From positions 1 through 27,963 of the IMG/VR virus record IMGVR_UViG_3300037463_000035: 27,963 nt of DNA. One strand, given 5' to 3'. The DNA is from a virus (Duplodnaviria; Caudoviricetes). The number at the start of each line of letters is the position of its first letter. Positions within the stretch are counted from its first letter, which is position 1. Below, piece by piece: positions 16,644 to 25,467 of this stretch. The translations under genes and the position numbers were made by a program. The notes under the pieces were generated by a model that worked only from the letters and a program-made list of their open reading frames with translations, did no database searches and was not told the DNA's origin.

Positions 16644-17074
16644 CCGCCCGCCATCCGCGCCAGCTCGCGCTCAAGGTCCGAGCGCAGGTGAGAGACGAAC
16701 TTCGGTCGCTCCTCCTCCGAGGCCAGGAACAAGAACGGATTCGCGGGCTGGCCTGCGAAGCTGGCGTCGTACGCGCCGCCGGTGAACCCGAACTCGCCGG
16801 CGGAGGCAAGGCCGCGGGCGCCGGTGCCGAAGTGCTGGTGGATGGCGTACTCGACATCCGTACCCACCGCGCCGTCCATCCCGTCGGCATCCACCCGGTG
16901 AGAGATGCTGTTGCGGGTGCGGCCCGTCCTCACCTTGCACCGCCGCTTGGCCCCGGCCTCGATGTTCATCAGCGAGCGCTTCACGTTGCGGCGCACGACG
17001 CTCTCACTGCGCTCCCCCACGGCACGGATGAGAGTGTTCACGCGCTCGACGCCTTCGACTCGCCCGCTGATCAT
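16640..17074 (-). CDS. HK97 gp10-like neck/tail component
   Basis: AKRRCKVRTGRTRNSI...VGTDVEYAIHQHFGT...QPANPFL motif set. Confidence 0.88.
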   Translation of the reverse strand: MISGRVEGVERVNTLIRAVGERSESVVRRNVKRSLMNIEAGAKRRCKVRTGRTRNSISHRVDADGMDGAVGTDVEYAIHQHFGTGARGLASAGEFGFTGGAYDASFAGQPANPFLFLASEEERPKFVSHLRSDLERELARMAGG

Positions 17075-17808
17075 CGTCGCTCCTCGCAGGTGAGGTGGAG
17101 TTCCTCACCCCGCTCTTCCACGTCGATCGTCCCGCGGATCTCCAGAATGCGGCCGGCATGGCGGATCAGCCGGTACGGCGCGAGGTCGCCGCGGAAACGA
17201 ATCTCAACCCGGTGCGTGGCCACTTGGCCCATCCCCGCGGCCTCCGTGCGCTCCCTGACGTTGAGCGGGACCACGTTGGCCCACACCTCCGGCCCGTCCA
17301 CGGCCGCGATGGTTCCGCCCCCGCCCCGGACCTCGGTGCGCTGTTCCTTCACGAAGCGCACAAGGTGCCTGTACGGTGGGATAGCGACGACTGCAGCCTC
17401 CAAGGCCGCCCAGGCTGCGCTCCCGTTCCCTCGAACACCGGCCACTCGCCACCACGAAGAGACCCCGGAACGGTTGGCGTTTATGAGAAGAGCGCATTGC
17501 GGCACTAACGAGACGCCGGAGGGAACGAACACCGACCCCTCGTTCTTCGCTGGCCGGACCTGCAGACTGCACGCGACGTCGCTTGCAACTTTGACCCAGT
17601 AGCCGGATTCGCCGACTGGCAATTCCGGGTTGGGGTCGGCAAGCCCGCCGGGGGCGAACGCGAAAGCTTGGAGCTCGTCGTCATACCTCATTTCAACGGC
17701 TTTGCATCTGTGCGAGCTGGTTTCCACCCGCCACCCTCCCGGTGCCCCCCCCAGCGACAGGTCGGGGACGGCCTCGCGCGCTTCCGCCCCAACGTGGGCC
17801 GTCCTCAC
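17071..17808 (-). CDS. Head closure (SPP1 gp16/head-tail adaptor) protein with long N-terminal extension
   Basis: C-terminal ~105 aa YRHLVRF...VWANVVPLNVRER...THRVEIRFR...RILEI...ELHLTCEE is typical. About 140 extra N-terminal residues. Confidence 0.75.
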   Translation of the reverse strand: MRTAHVGAEAREAVPDLSLGGAPGGWRVETSSHRCKAVEMRYDDELQAFAFAPGGLADPNPELPVGESGYWVKVASDVACSLQVRPAKNEGSVFVPSGVSLVPQCALLINANRSGVSSWWRVAGVRGNGSAAWAALEAAVVAIPPYRHLVRFVKEQRTEVRGGGGTIAAVDGPEVWANVVPLNVRERTEAAGMGQVATHRVEIRFRGDLAPYRLIRHAGRILEIRGTIDVEERGEELHLTCEERR

Positions 17809-18269
17809 CAGACCGGAATGATGGTGGTGGACTGGACGAAGTTCTGCGGCGGCCGCGCGGGCGCCGCGTCGGGCGGCGCGACGAGAAACCGGATGATCCC
17901 GCGCACCAGCGCCAGCGCGGACGGGTCCACGGCCGACGCGCGCCCGGAGCGCGGATCGCGCGCGATTACGGTCGCCTGGTCACCGCGCGTCTCGCTGCTG
18001 AAGGCGCCGCCGCCCAGCTCCGCCAGCTTCAGCTGGTAGTTGATCTGAAGCGCGACGGCGATCACCACACGCGGGTCCTCGCCTTCCCCCGCAGCCGCGG
18101 GCGGGATGGCGGAGAGGCGCGGGAGCCCCAAGGCCTCCAGCGCTTCCGAAAGCACCTCCTCTGCCTGCAGGGACTCCAGCCCCAGGTCCACGCCGGGCGC
18201 CTTCGCTTCCGCGCTCAGCTTGGCGTGCGTGGGCCCGGGAGCCCAGCGGGACGTGGTGGGCGCCGGCAT
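17805..18269 (-). CDS. Putative head-tail connector (adaptor) protein
   Basis: IAVALQINYQ...SSETRGDQATV resembles gp15/gp6-type adaptors. Position fits. Confidence 0.6.
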   Translation of the reverse strand: MPAPTTSRWAPGPTHAKLSAEAKAPGVDLGLESLQAEEVLSEALEALGLPRLSAIPPAAAGEGEDPRVVIAVALQINYQLKLAELGGGAFSSETRGDQATVIARDPRSGRASAVDPSALALVRGIIRFLVAPPDAAPARPPQNFVQSTTIIPVW

Positions 18270-18272
18270 CCC

Positions 18273-18719
18273 TTACTCCGCCAGCGGCGGCAGGCCCGGG
18301 TAGGTCAGGATCTTCTGCGCCGTGGCGACGCCGATCCCGTCCAGCGCCTCCAGCTCGGCCGACGTGCGCGGCACCTTTCCGAGCGTCTTGATCTTGGCGG
18401 CCTCCAGCTCGCGCTTGCCCGGGAAGTCGTCCGGGAGCGCGTCGGTCAGCTTCAGCACCGTGGGCGCCGCCTGCTCCAGCTGCTTGCGAAGCGAGGCCAC
18501 CTCCGCAGCGAGCCGGTCGCGCTCGGCCGCCACGTCCTCCCCCCCGGGCGCCGGCGGTGTGGTGGTCGCGGCGGTGTCCGCTTCCGGCGCCGCCCCGGCG
18601 CCTGCCTCCGTCACGTTCTCCGGCGGGTCGGTCTTCTCGCCCTTGGCATTCACCCAGCCCGTCACCTTGCCGCCGGTATCGAGCACGGCGTAAACGCCTC
18701 CCGGTCTGGTCGTCCCCAT
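18273..18719 (-). CDS. Helix-hairpin-helix domain protein downstream of the capsid gene
   Basis: C-terminal ELEALDGIGVATAQKI (HhH motif), preceded by a coiled coil and a low-complexity linker. Confidence 0.75.
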   Translation of the reverse strand: MGTTRPGGVYAVLDTGGKVTGWVNAKGEKTDPPENVTEAGAGAAPEADTAATTTPPAPGGEDVAAERDRLAAEVASLRKQLEQAAPTVLKLTDALPDDFPGKRELEAAKIKTLGKVPRTSAELEALDGIGVATAQKILTYPGLPPLAE

Positions 18720-18752
18720 TCGAATCCCGTCCTGGTCGTCGGGTGCGCGTGT

Positions 18753-18782
18753 GGCTCCCCGGGCCGAGCGGCCCGGGGAGCC
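18753..18782. terminator. Strong hairpin just after the major capsid gene (terminator or mRNA-stabilising stem)
   Basis: Perfect 13-bp stem GGCTCCCCGGGCC/GGCCCGGGGAGCC with a 4-nt loop. No U-tract. Confidence 0.55.
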
Positions 18783-18792
18783 CGAGTGGGTG

Positions 18793-19869
18793 TTACAGGT
18801 TGGGCGCGCCGTAGACGGCGCCGCCCATGTACAGCACCACCGCCGCGGTGCGCGTGTGCGCGCCGAAGCCGTGGAAGGCCTCGAAGTTGTCCGTCTGGAG
18901 CGGGTACACCTTGATCTTGCCGCCCAGGCGGAGGCCGCGCCGCGCGGGGATCTTGTCCTGTCGGAACTTCAGCGGCTTCCGCGCGTCGCCCTTGGCGTAC
19001 GCCAGCTGGTAGTTGAACGGCACCCACGGCTTGGTCCACACCTGGTGGCCGTTGAAGCTGCCGATGACGCGGTTGGTGGCGCGGGTGGTGTCCAGGATCA
19101 GGGTTGAGGCGTCGCGATCCGCTCCTGCCCGCACCAGCGCGAACTCGGCCTTCACGAACCCGGGCACCGCCTTGACCTGCGACTCGTTCATCTGGTTGAT
19201 GCAGATGCGCACATCGTCGCCGTGCCCATGTTCGACCAGGTCCGCCACCATGTCGGCCATCGCCTGCGCGCGCTGGTCCGGCGTGGCCGCCGCCCAGTCG
19301 ATGGCGTTGTAGTGGGAGTGCGTGGCCGGATCGAACGACTCGCCGTTCGGCCCGTTGGGGATGCCGCCGCCGTCACCGTTCACCAGCGGCTTGACCAGCA
19401 GGTCCAGTCGGCTGTCGTGCTGGTCGTGGAACGTGTAGCTGGTGTTCCGGAACAGCGCCCGCGCCAGGTCGCGCCCCAGGCGCTTGATGTGCGAGGCCTC
19501 CGCCGCCAGCTGATCCTTAGCGAGGTCGGCGGGCTTGGCGCGCTCCAGGTAGTCGTTGGTCCAGCCCACCGCCTTGATGAACTTCTCCAGCGGGTACTGC
19601 ACCACGTCCCCGATGCGGATGATCTGCGTGATGCCCTGCGCCAGCTCGTCGGCCGGCTGCATCTCGCCGTCGTCGCTGGTGCCGTAGCGGTCCTGAAGGC
19701 TGTCCGTGGGCTCGGCGAACTCCGCGAGCTGCTCCTCCACCGCGGCGTTGTGAAAGGCGAGATCGGCCTGGAGGGCTTCCAGGACCTTGTCCTCACCGAA
19801 CTCCACGAGGCGCCGGTCCTTCACCTCCTGCAGTTCGGCAATCGTGTAGACGCCCGTGCTCAGCGGCAT
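18793..19869 (-). CDS. Major capsid protein
   Basis: 358 aa with strongly biased codons, RBS AGGAG, position after scaffold and decoration genes, and a following hairpin. Positional and size inference. Confidence 0.8.
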   Translation of the reverse strand: MPLSTGVYTIAELQEVKDRRLVEFGEDKVLEALQADLAFHNAAVEEQLAEFAEPTDSLQDRYGTSDDGEMQPADELAQGITQIIRIGDVVQYPLEKFIKAVGWTNDYLERAKPADLAKDQLAAEASHIKRLGRDLARALFRNTSYTFHDQHDSRLDLLVKPLVNGDGGGIPNGPNGESFDPATHSHYNAIDWAAATPDQRAQAMADMVADLVEHGHGDDVRICINQMNESQVKAVPGFVKAEFALVRAGADRDASTLILDTTRATNRVIGSFNGHQVWTKPWVPFNYQLAYAKGDARKPLKFRQDKIPARRGLRLGGKIKVYPLQTDNFEAFHGFGAHTRTAAVVLYMGGAVYGAPNL

Positions 19870-19882
19870 GTTCGTCGTCTCC

Positions 19883-20281
19883 TTACTTGAGCCGCAGAAC
19901 GCGGATGTGGGAGTTGTCGTACGCGCGGGCCACGCCCTGGGCGTCTCCCACGGTCGCGGCGGTGTCCAGCCGGCCCTTCGTGGCGGCGACGAAGTAGTTG
20001 TCGCCGGGGGTGAGGGCGCCGGGGTTGTACCTCATGATCACGCCGGGGCCGTAGATGGTCAGGGGCTGGCCCGCCTTGCCCTTGGTCCCGGAGAACCCGT
20101 CCACCTGCGCCGCCTTGTTGTTGGCGGTCCCGTCGCTCATGTACAGCTTGTCGTCCGACGCCACGTAGCACGGGGACACCGGGTCGATGTCCTCGCCGCA
20201 GATCTTCGTGATCTGGGGCGCCTTCATCGCGCTGTTCCCGTCGAAGTTCGCCAGCGCGTCGTTGCGGGTCAGGAGAGCCAT
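19883..20281 (-). CDS. Capsid decoration/cement protein
   Basis: 132 aa, GEDIDPVSPCYV...G.AGQPLTIYGPG...LTPGDNYFV...GRL resembles beta-tulip decoration proteins. Lies between scaffold and capsid. Confidence 0.7.
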   Translation of the reverse strand: MALLTRNDALANFDGNSAMKAPQITKICGEDIDPVSPCYVASDDKLYMSDGTANNKAAQVDGFSGTKGKAGQPLTIYGPGVIMRYNPGALTPGDNYFVAATKGRLDTAATVGDAQGVARAYDNSHIRVLRLK

Positions 20282-20336
20282 CGGTCTTTATCGCTCGTTC
20301 CAGGCGTTTCGGGTATCCGCCGGGCCAGGCAGGCGT

Positions 20337-21041
20337 CTACAGCCCCGCCCGGGCCCCTGAAAGCTTCGTCTCGCGCACAGTGTCGTCGGTGACCGTAGTC
20401 ACGGGCGCGGACCCGTCCCCGGACCGCTGCGCGGGCACCGTCACGCCCGCCGACGTCGTGGTGGTCGTCCGGGCCCCCGTGGCGGGAGCCGCCGCCTTGG
20501 CGGCCAGCAGCGGCTCCACCTTCGAGAATCGCCCGGCCACGTAGTCCTTCAGTGGGGACGACTTCTGCCCCTCGCCGGCGGGCGTGAAGTGCCACTCGTC
20601 CACCTTGGTGTCGGCGGCGCCGTTCTGGCCCTTCACCGTGACCTGCTTCTTCTCGTAGGTGCCATCCTTCATCCCATCGAGCCCGAGGAGGACGTCCGCG
20701 GCGTCGTCGTTCCCGTACGTCGCCTTCGCGGCCTCCCGGGCGTCATCCAGCCGGGTGCGCGTCGCGTCCTTGACCTTCAGCTCGTCCCGCTCCCTCACCA
20801 CCGCCGCCGGGTCGAAGTCCTCCGGGAGGTCCTTGACCTTCGCCCAGAGCTTCTTCTGCCCCTCCTCGGTGAGGACCACCGCGCCCTCCGCCGGGACCTG
20901 CTGCTTCAGGGTGGCGATCTCGCCCCGCTGCCTCTGGTTGTCGGCCTCGAGGGCCGTGCGCTTCTTCTGGATCTCCTCGGGCGTCCCGAGGTTTTCGTAG
21001 CGCCCCAGACGCAGGATGGCGGCTTCGGACATTTCCGGCAT
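20337..21041 (-). CDS. Capsid scaffolding protein
   Basis: Charged coiled-coil N-terminus and low-complexity C-terminus, upstream of decoration and capsid genes. Start near ATG 21041 with AAGGTGGA upstream. Confidence 0.7.
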   Translation of the reverse strand: MPEMSEAAILRLGRYENLGTPEEIQKKRTALEADNQRQRGEIATLKQQVPAEGAVVLTEEGQKKLWAKVKDLPEDFDPAAVVRERDELKVKDATRTRLDDAREAAKATYGNDDAADVLLGLDGMKDGTYEKKQVTVKGQNGAADTKVDEWHFTPAGEGQKSSPLKDYVAGRFSKVEPLLAAKAAAPATGARTTTTTSAGVTVPAQRSGDGSAPVTTVTDDTVRETKLSGARAGL

Positions 21042-21119
21042 GAGCATCCACCTTGGATGGCGGGCCCGGCGCATCGCCGTGCACGTTTGGTTGATGGGCC
21101 GGGGGCATCCCCGGCGGGG

Positions 21120-21162
21120 AAACACAAACGGGCCGCTCTCCGGCATCCGGAGAGGCGGCCCG
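21120..21162 (-). terminator. Intrinsic terminator in the leader of the scaffold-capsid genes
   Basis: Stem CGGGCCGC-TCTCCGG/CCGGAGA-G-GCGGCCCG (21129-21162), followed on the minus strand by TTTGTGTTT. Confidence 0.6.
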
Positions 21163-21213
21163 CTGGGCTATTCGAGAGGTTGGGTCCGATCCCGCCGAGG
21201 CCCAGATGCGCGA

Positions 21214-21242
21214 AATATGGGAACGATGGACGCGTTATGCAA
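21214..21242 (-). promoter_or_regulatory. Putative promoter upstream of the scaffold gene
   Basis: TTGCAT (21242-21237), 17 bp, CATATT (21219-21214). Confidence 0.5.
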
Positions 21243-21260
21243 GCCTTATGGGCACGTACG

Positions 21261-21284
21261 GGAATTTCGCTATAGCGAAATTCC
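21261..21284. promoter_or_regulatory. Perfect 24-bp palindrome, probable operator/activator site
   Basis: GGAATTTCGCTA|TAGCGAAATTCC, AT-rich in a GC-rich background, 18 bp upstream of the -35 element. Confidence 0.6.
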
Positions 21285-21778
21285 TACGCGGCCGCCCTGG
21301 CGCCTCCCTCCCTGTTGCGTGCGTCACCGATCCGGATGGCGGAGCGGAGCGCCTTCGTCTGCGATGGGTTAAGCCCTGTCCGCGCCGCCAGCGCCTTCCA
21401 CGATCCGCGGAACGGCTCCGACTGCTGGAACGCGGCGTCGGTGCCCCAGAGGTGCGCCGGGAGCAGGACGTGGGTGAACCGGCACAGGCACACACCGCGG
21501 GTGGAAGCGGGCCGGGACGCGATCCTTTGGGTAGACTCCGCGGCCGAGCCCGAACAGATCCTCCTCCGCTGCCACGTCGCACTGGTCCCGGCGCCCGTGG
21601 CGACCGCTCACCGCCACCCTCACCCCCTGGACCACCGGCGACTCCGCCACCGCCCGCGCGTGAGCCTCCTGCTCCGCGTTGGCGCGCTCCGCGCGGACCA
21701 CGAGGGTGCCGCGGCGAGAGAGAGGCCGATCCGCCGGGCGGCCGCTACGTCCGCGTGGTACTGGTCGAACCCGCTCAC
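21284..21778 (-). pseudogene. Frameshifted, short MuF/SPP1 gp7-like minor head protein
   Basis: Directly after the portal gene. Motifs DQCD...DLFGLGRGVYP...FHPRC in one frame continue as CLCRF in another. Frame breaks map to (GA)n 21716-21724 and (CA)n 21489-21495. Confidence 0.6.
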
Positions 21779-21799
21779 CCGGCGGCGCCGGCGAGGATT

Positions 21800-23641
21800 T
21801 CAGCCCCCTGAGCGGCGGCGCTTGCGCGCGGGGGGCTCCGGGACGGCGCCCTCCTCCTCCTCCTCCTCCTCGTCCTCGTCCTCGTCATCGGCCCCACCGG
21901 ACGCGTTCAGCTCCCGCGTCTCCTCGTCCTCCAGCTTCTCCGCGTCCCGGATGGGCCCGAACCACGTCTCGGCGTCCTCCTGGGTGTACCCCGCGGCCAC
22001 GGCCAGCACCACGGGATCGCCGGTGGGGAATGCCGTGCGCAGGGCGGAAAGGTTCTCCCCCAGCTTGCCCAGCAGCCCCACCTTCGCGTCCGGCGCGGCC
22101 TCGATCCGCTTCAGCTCCGCCTCCGGGTCCTCGATGCCGGAACGGCTCATCGCCGTCTCCCGCGCCATCATGCCCTTCTCAACCTGCACCACGTCGGACT
22201 GGATGTCTTGCGGGTCCGCGGGCCCGAGGTCCACGTGCAGGTCGACGCTCACGCGCAGGGTGTCCGTGAAGTAGCCCGGCTGGCCCGCCAGGTCCTCCGC
22301 GCCGGCGAAGGCTGACTCGATGAAGTCGCGCAGCCCGCCCTCCACCGGCTCCCGCGCCTCCTCCACGTCCGCCTCCCAGTCTGCGCGCGCCTCCTTGCGG
22401 CTCTTGCCGCTGGGGAGCGGGTCGGAGTTCGTGACGACGTGCCCCTGGTGGCAATCCTCCAGGATGGTGGCCGACGCGTGCTTGATCGCCTTGATGCAGT
22501 ATTCGGGGTCCGTGGGCTCCTTGATGAACACGTCGGGCGTGGCCCGCGTCATCTTGCCGGTGCGCTCGTCCTTGCCGACTACGATGCCGATCAGGTCCGT
22601 GGTGGTGCCGCTCCCCATCATGCGCGGCGTCGGCACTAGGTACTCCAGCGCCCCGCTCCCGTCCTCCGCTTCGCGGATCTGCGCGCCGGTCGGTGGCACG
22701 AAGCCGTCCGCCACTCGCTTCCACGTGCCGGAGGGCTCGGCGTTCTTCGTGTACCGCTCGGGGAAGCCGGCCACCTCCCCGACACGGATCAGCAGCGTTT
22801 CGAAGAAGTCGAGGCGGCGCTGCTGGGCGCGGGACGGCTCGTCCAGGATCTTCTCGCCCTCGATCGCGATCATCGGGAGCAGGCCGCGCATCCGCTTCCG
22901 GGTATCGACGGCGGCGGTCTTCGTGACGCGGCGGACGATGGTGTCCTCCCCGTCGACGTAATAGACCTCGGCGGCGTTCTCCCCTTCGGTGAACACCATG
23001 GCCGTGGCCTGCGTCGCCTCGTCCACCGCGATCGCGGCCGCCTCCGGGAGCGGCGAGGCGACGTAGATGAACCGCAGCAGCGCGTCCACCGGGTCAGTTG
23101 GGTTGACCTTCACCGTCCCGTCCGCCTGACTTTCCCCCAGGAACGAGGGAATCCACCAGCGCAGGAAGCCCACGCCAGCCCAGCGCGACGTGCGGGCGGC
23201 GAGCTTCGCGTTCTTCTGCACCTTGCGGCGGTCCCACCAAGTGGCCAGGGCGCCGTTGGCCTCCGCGATGAGCGCCGTCTCCGCCAGCGTGAGCGGCACC
23301 GTATCCGTATCCGTTCGCCGGACGGTGAACGACACGGAGGGCTCGCGCTTCAGCAGCGCGTTCCCCGCGCGGCGGACGCAGCTACGCAGCTGCTTCCGGG
23401 GCGTGAATTGGGATTTGATCTTATCCCACCGCTCCTTCTCGTCGTCCAGCCCGGCAGGTACGGGGGGGCCGCCCCAGCCCTTTCGGTCCTGCCAGTTGTC
23501 CGCCTTCACCACGTAGGCGTGGTTCGCCTCGTAGTCGGCCGGGCGCGCCTTGGTGACCGCGGCCGCGGCCTCCTTCTGGCCCCACAGCGCGAAGGGGCTG
23601 GCGCTCGCCGGCGTGCTGCTGGGTGCGGGCTTCTTTGCCAT
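21800..23641 (-). CDS. Portal protein
   Basis: About 613 aa directly after TerL. SPP1-type C-terminal SGKSRKEA...GMMARETAMSRSGIEDPEAELKRIEA and an acidic tail. Start taken at ATG 23641. Confidence 0.85.
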   Translation of the reverse strand: MAKKPAPSSTPASASPFALWGQKEAAAAVTKARPADYEANHAYVVKADNWQDRKGWGGPPVPAGLDDEKERWDKIKSQFTPRKQLRSCVRRAGNALLKREPSVSFTVRRTDTDTVPLTLAETALIAEANGALATWWDRRKVQKNAKLAARTSRWAGVGFLRWWIPSFLGESQADGTVKVNPTDPVDALLRFIYVASPLPEAAAIAVDEATQATAMVFTEGENAAEVYYVDGEDTIVRRVTKTAAVDTRKRMRGLLPMIAIEGEKILDEPSRAQQRRLDFFETLLIRVGEVAGFPERYTKNAEPSGTWKRVADGFVPPTGAQIREAEDGSGALEYLVPTPRMMGSGTTTDLIGIVVGKDERTGKMTRATPDVFIKEPTDPEYCIKAIKHASATILEDCHQGHVVTNSDPLPSGKSRKEARADWEADVEEAREPVEGGLRDFIESAFAGAEDLAGQPGYFTDTLRVSVDLHVDLGPADPQDIQSDVVQVEKGMMARETAMSRSGIEDPEAELKRIEAAPDAKVGLLGKLGENLSALRTAFPTGDPVVLAVAAGYTQEDAETWFGPIRDAEKLEDEETRELNASGGADDEDEDEEEEEEEGAVPEPPARKRRRSGG

Positions 23642-23655
23642 GTCGCTGGGGGCTT

Positions 23656-25467
23656 TCAGTCCAGGGTGGTGTAGGTCTGGCTTGCGTGCGCCGCGCCCCC
23701 GCCGGTAGCCATCGGCAGGAAGATGAACCGCGGAGCACAGCACAGGGCGAAGCCGTCCCCGTCATCAGGGGAGTGCTTCTCATGGGTCTTGAAGCGGTCT
23801 TTCGACTCCAGCTCCTTCACCTCGCGCGCCCCGAGGGTGGTGTAGTCGTACTGGCGCGCCGTCAGGTCAGCTTCCAGGCGCTCCGGCACCGGCCCGCAAA
23901 GCGCCACGTCGCGCAGCGCCTCAGCCGTGTGCGCGTACATCTCCGTCACCTTGTCGGCGTACTTCTTCGGGTCCTTGGCGACGCCGTTGAAGTAGACCTG
24001 GCGGACGGTCAGCCGGGCGCTGTGGCTCCGCAGCGCGGCCTTTAGCTCCCCGTCCACCTTCACCTTGTCCGCCACACCGCCGCCGTACCCGCCGCCGCAG
24101 TCGATCCGGACCTCGATGTCCTTCACCCCCGCGCGGAGCAGGGCGAGGGCTGCGAGCCTGATCAGCCGGGCGTAGACGTTGGTGTCCTGACCGTCGATGA
24201 TGTGCTCCCGCCAAGCGCGCAGACCCTGCAGGATGTAGATGGTGCCGCTGTCGAGCCCGAACCGCGCCACGTCCACGCCGATCTTGGCGCTCAGGTCTTC
24301 CGGGGTCTCGGCCTTGATGGGCCCGGGCCGGAGCCCCTTCCCCCGCTCCACGGCGGCTTCGAAGCGGCCGAGCGGCACGAGCGTGTTGTCAGTCGCGTTC
24401 GGCGGCGCGATCCCCAGCACGCGCCAGAGGAATTCTTGCTGCGGCTTGAAGATGGTTCCGGCCGGGCAGACCCTGCGCGGCGCGTCCGGGTCCTGCGGGT
24501 CCGGCAGGTACGCGTCCCACTTCAGCTCGAAGGTGAACGCGTCGTGGTCGTGGGCATCGACCACCTCGCAGAGGTGCGCCAGCTTCTCCTCCACCCAGTC
24601 CCGGCGCACGCCTCCGGGGATGACGTCCCTCCCGGCCTGGACGTTCGGGTGGTTCACGCTGGACATCCGGAAGCTGCGGACCTTGGCCAGGCGGCGCCGG
24701 CGCCAGAACTCGGACGTTCGGGTCCGGGGGTTCGCCATCATGAGGACGATCGCCACCACGCTGCCGGAGGTCATGGAGTCGATGGATTCGAAGACCCACG
24801 GCTCCTGGCCCTCCGCCTCGTCCAGGATGAACAGCTGAAACTTGTTGTGCTGCCCCTGGTTGCGTTCGGTGCCGGCGCCCTTCGCGTTGTGGGTGGCGAT
24901 GCCCTTGGCGAAGTGGTTGGGCTCCAGCTGCAGCTCGAGGGTGAGGATGCGGCCCGGGAGCCCTTTCCCGGTCCGGTCCACCCGGATTTCCTTCCACAGC
25001 GTGGACTTCAGCTGCTCCTCGGTGTTCGCGTACGTGTAGATGACTGCCGGCGGGAAGCAGTCGAAGAAGTGATTTGTGAGGCCTGACAAGAGCTTCGTCT
25101 TACCCACCGTGTGTCCGGCCTCCACGCGCAGCCAGTTCTGGATGGTCTGCCCCGGCTTCCAGTGCACCAGATCATCCGGCGAGACGCGCCCGGCCTCGTA
25201 CTCCTGCTTCTCAAGCTGCTGCCGGATGGCGAGCGTGTAGGCTGCGATGACCTCCATCTGGCCGGGTTCGGCGTCCCCATTACCGGCCCACGGCTCCCAC
25301 TTCAGCTTGTCGCGCAGGTACTCCGCGACCCGGAACGCATACCCGACCAAGTCGGCGTGTGCTACCTGGCCGCGGCGATGGTTGTCGGACCTGAGACGTG
25401 CGTTCAGAGGCGCCGTCTTCGCCGCCCGGCTCTGCGCGTGCCTGGCCGCGCGGCTGATGGCGGGCAT
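23656..25467 (-). CDS. terL: Terminase large subunit
   Basis: Walker A AGHTVGKT, Walker B FILDEAEG, coupling motif MANP, nuclease IGVDVARFGLDSG and SPDDGDG. Confidence 0.93.
   Translation of the reverse strand: MPAISRAARHAQSRAAKTAPLNARLRSDNHRRGQVAHADLVGYAFRVAEYLRDKLKWEPWAGNGDAEPGQMEVIAAYTLAIRQQLEKQEYEAGRVSPDDLVHWKPGQTIQNWLRVEAGHTVGKTKLLSGLTNHFFDCFPPAVIYTYANTEEQLKSTLWKEIRVDRTGKGLPGRILTLELQLEPNHFAKGIATHNAKGAGTERNQGQHNKFQLFILDEAEGQEPWVFESIDSMTSGSVVAIVLMMANPRTRTSEFWRRRRLAKVRSFRMSSVNHPNVQAGRDVIPGGVRRDWVEEKLAHLCEVVDAHDHDAFTFELKWDAYLPDPQDPDAPRRVCPAGTIFKPQQEFLWRVLGIAPPNATDNTLVPLGRFEAAVERGKGLRPGPIKAETPEDLSAKIGVDVARFGLDSGTIYILQGLRAWREHIIDGQDTNVYARLIRLAALALLRAGVKDIEVRIDCGGGYGGGVADKVKVDGELKAALRSHSARLTVRQVYFNGVAKDPKKYADKVTEMYAHTAEALRDVALCGPVPERLEADLTARQYDYTTLGAREVKELESKDRFKTHEKHSPDDGDGFALCCAPRFIFLPMATGGGAAHASQTYTTLD

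Noticed and set aside
21778-21802. Possible stop-codon readthrough fusing portal to the MuF-like frame
   Set aside because: The frames coincide, but that has a 1-in-3 chance, and no readthrough context is evident.
21852-21885. (TCC/TCG)n trinucleotide run
   Set aside because: It simply encodes the acidic DEDEDEEEEEE tail of the portal protein.
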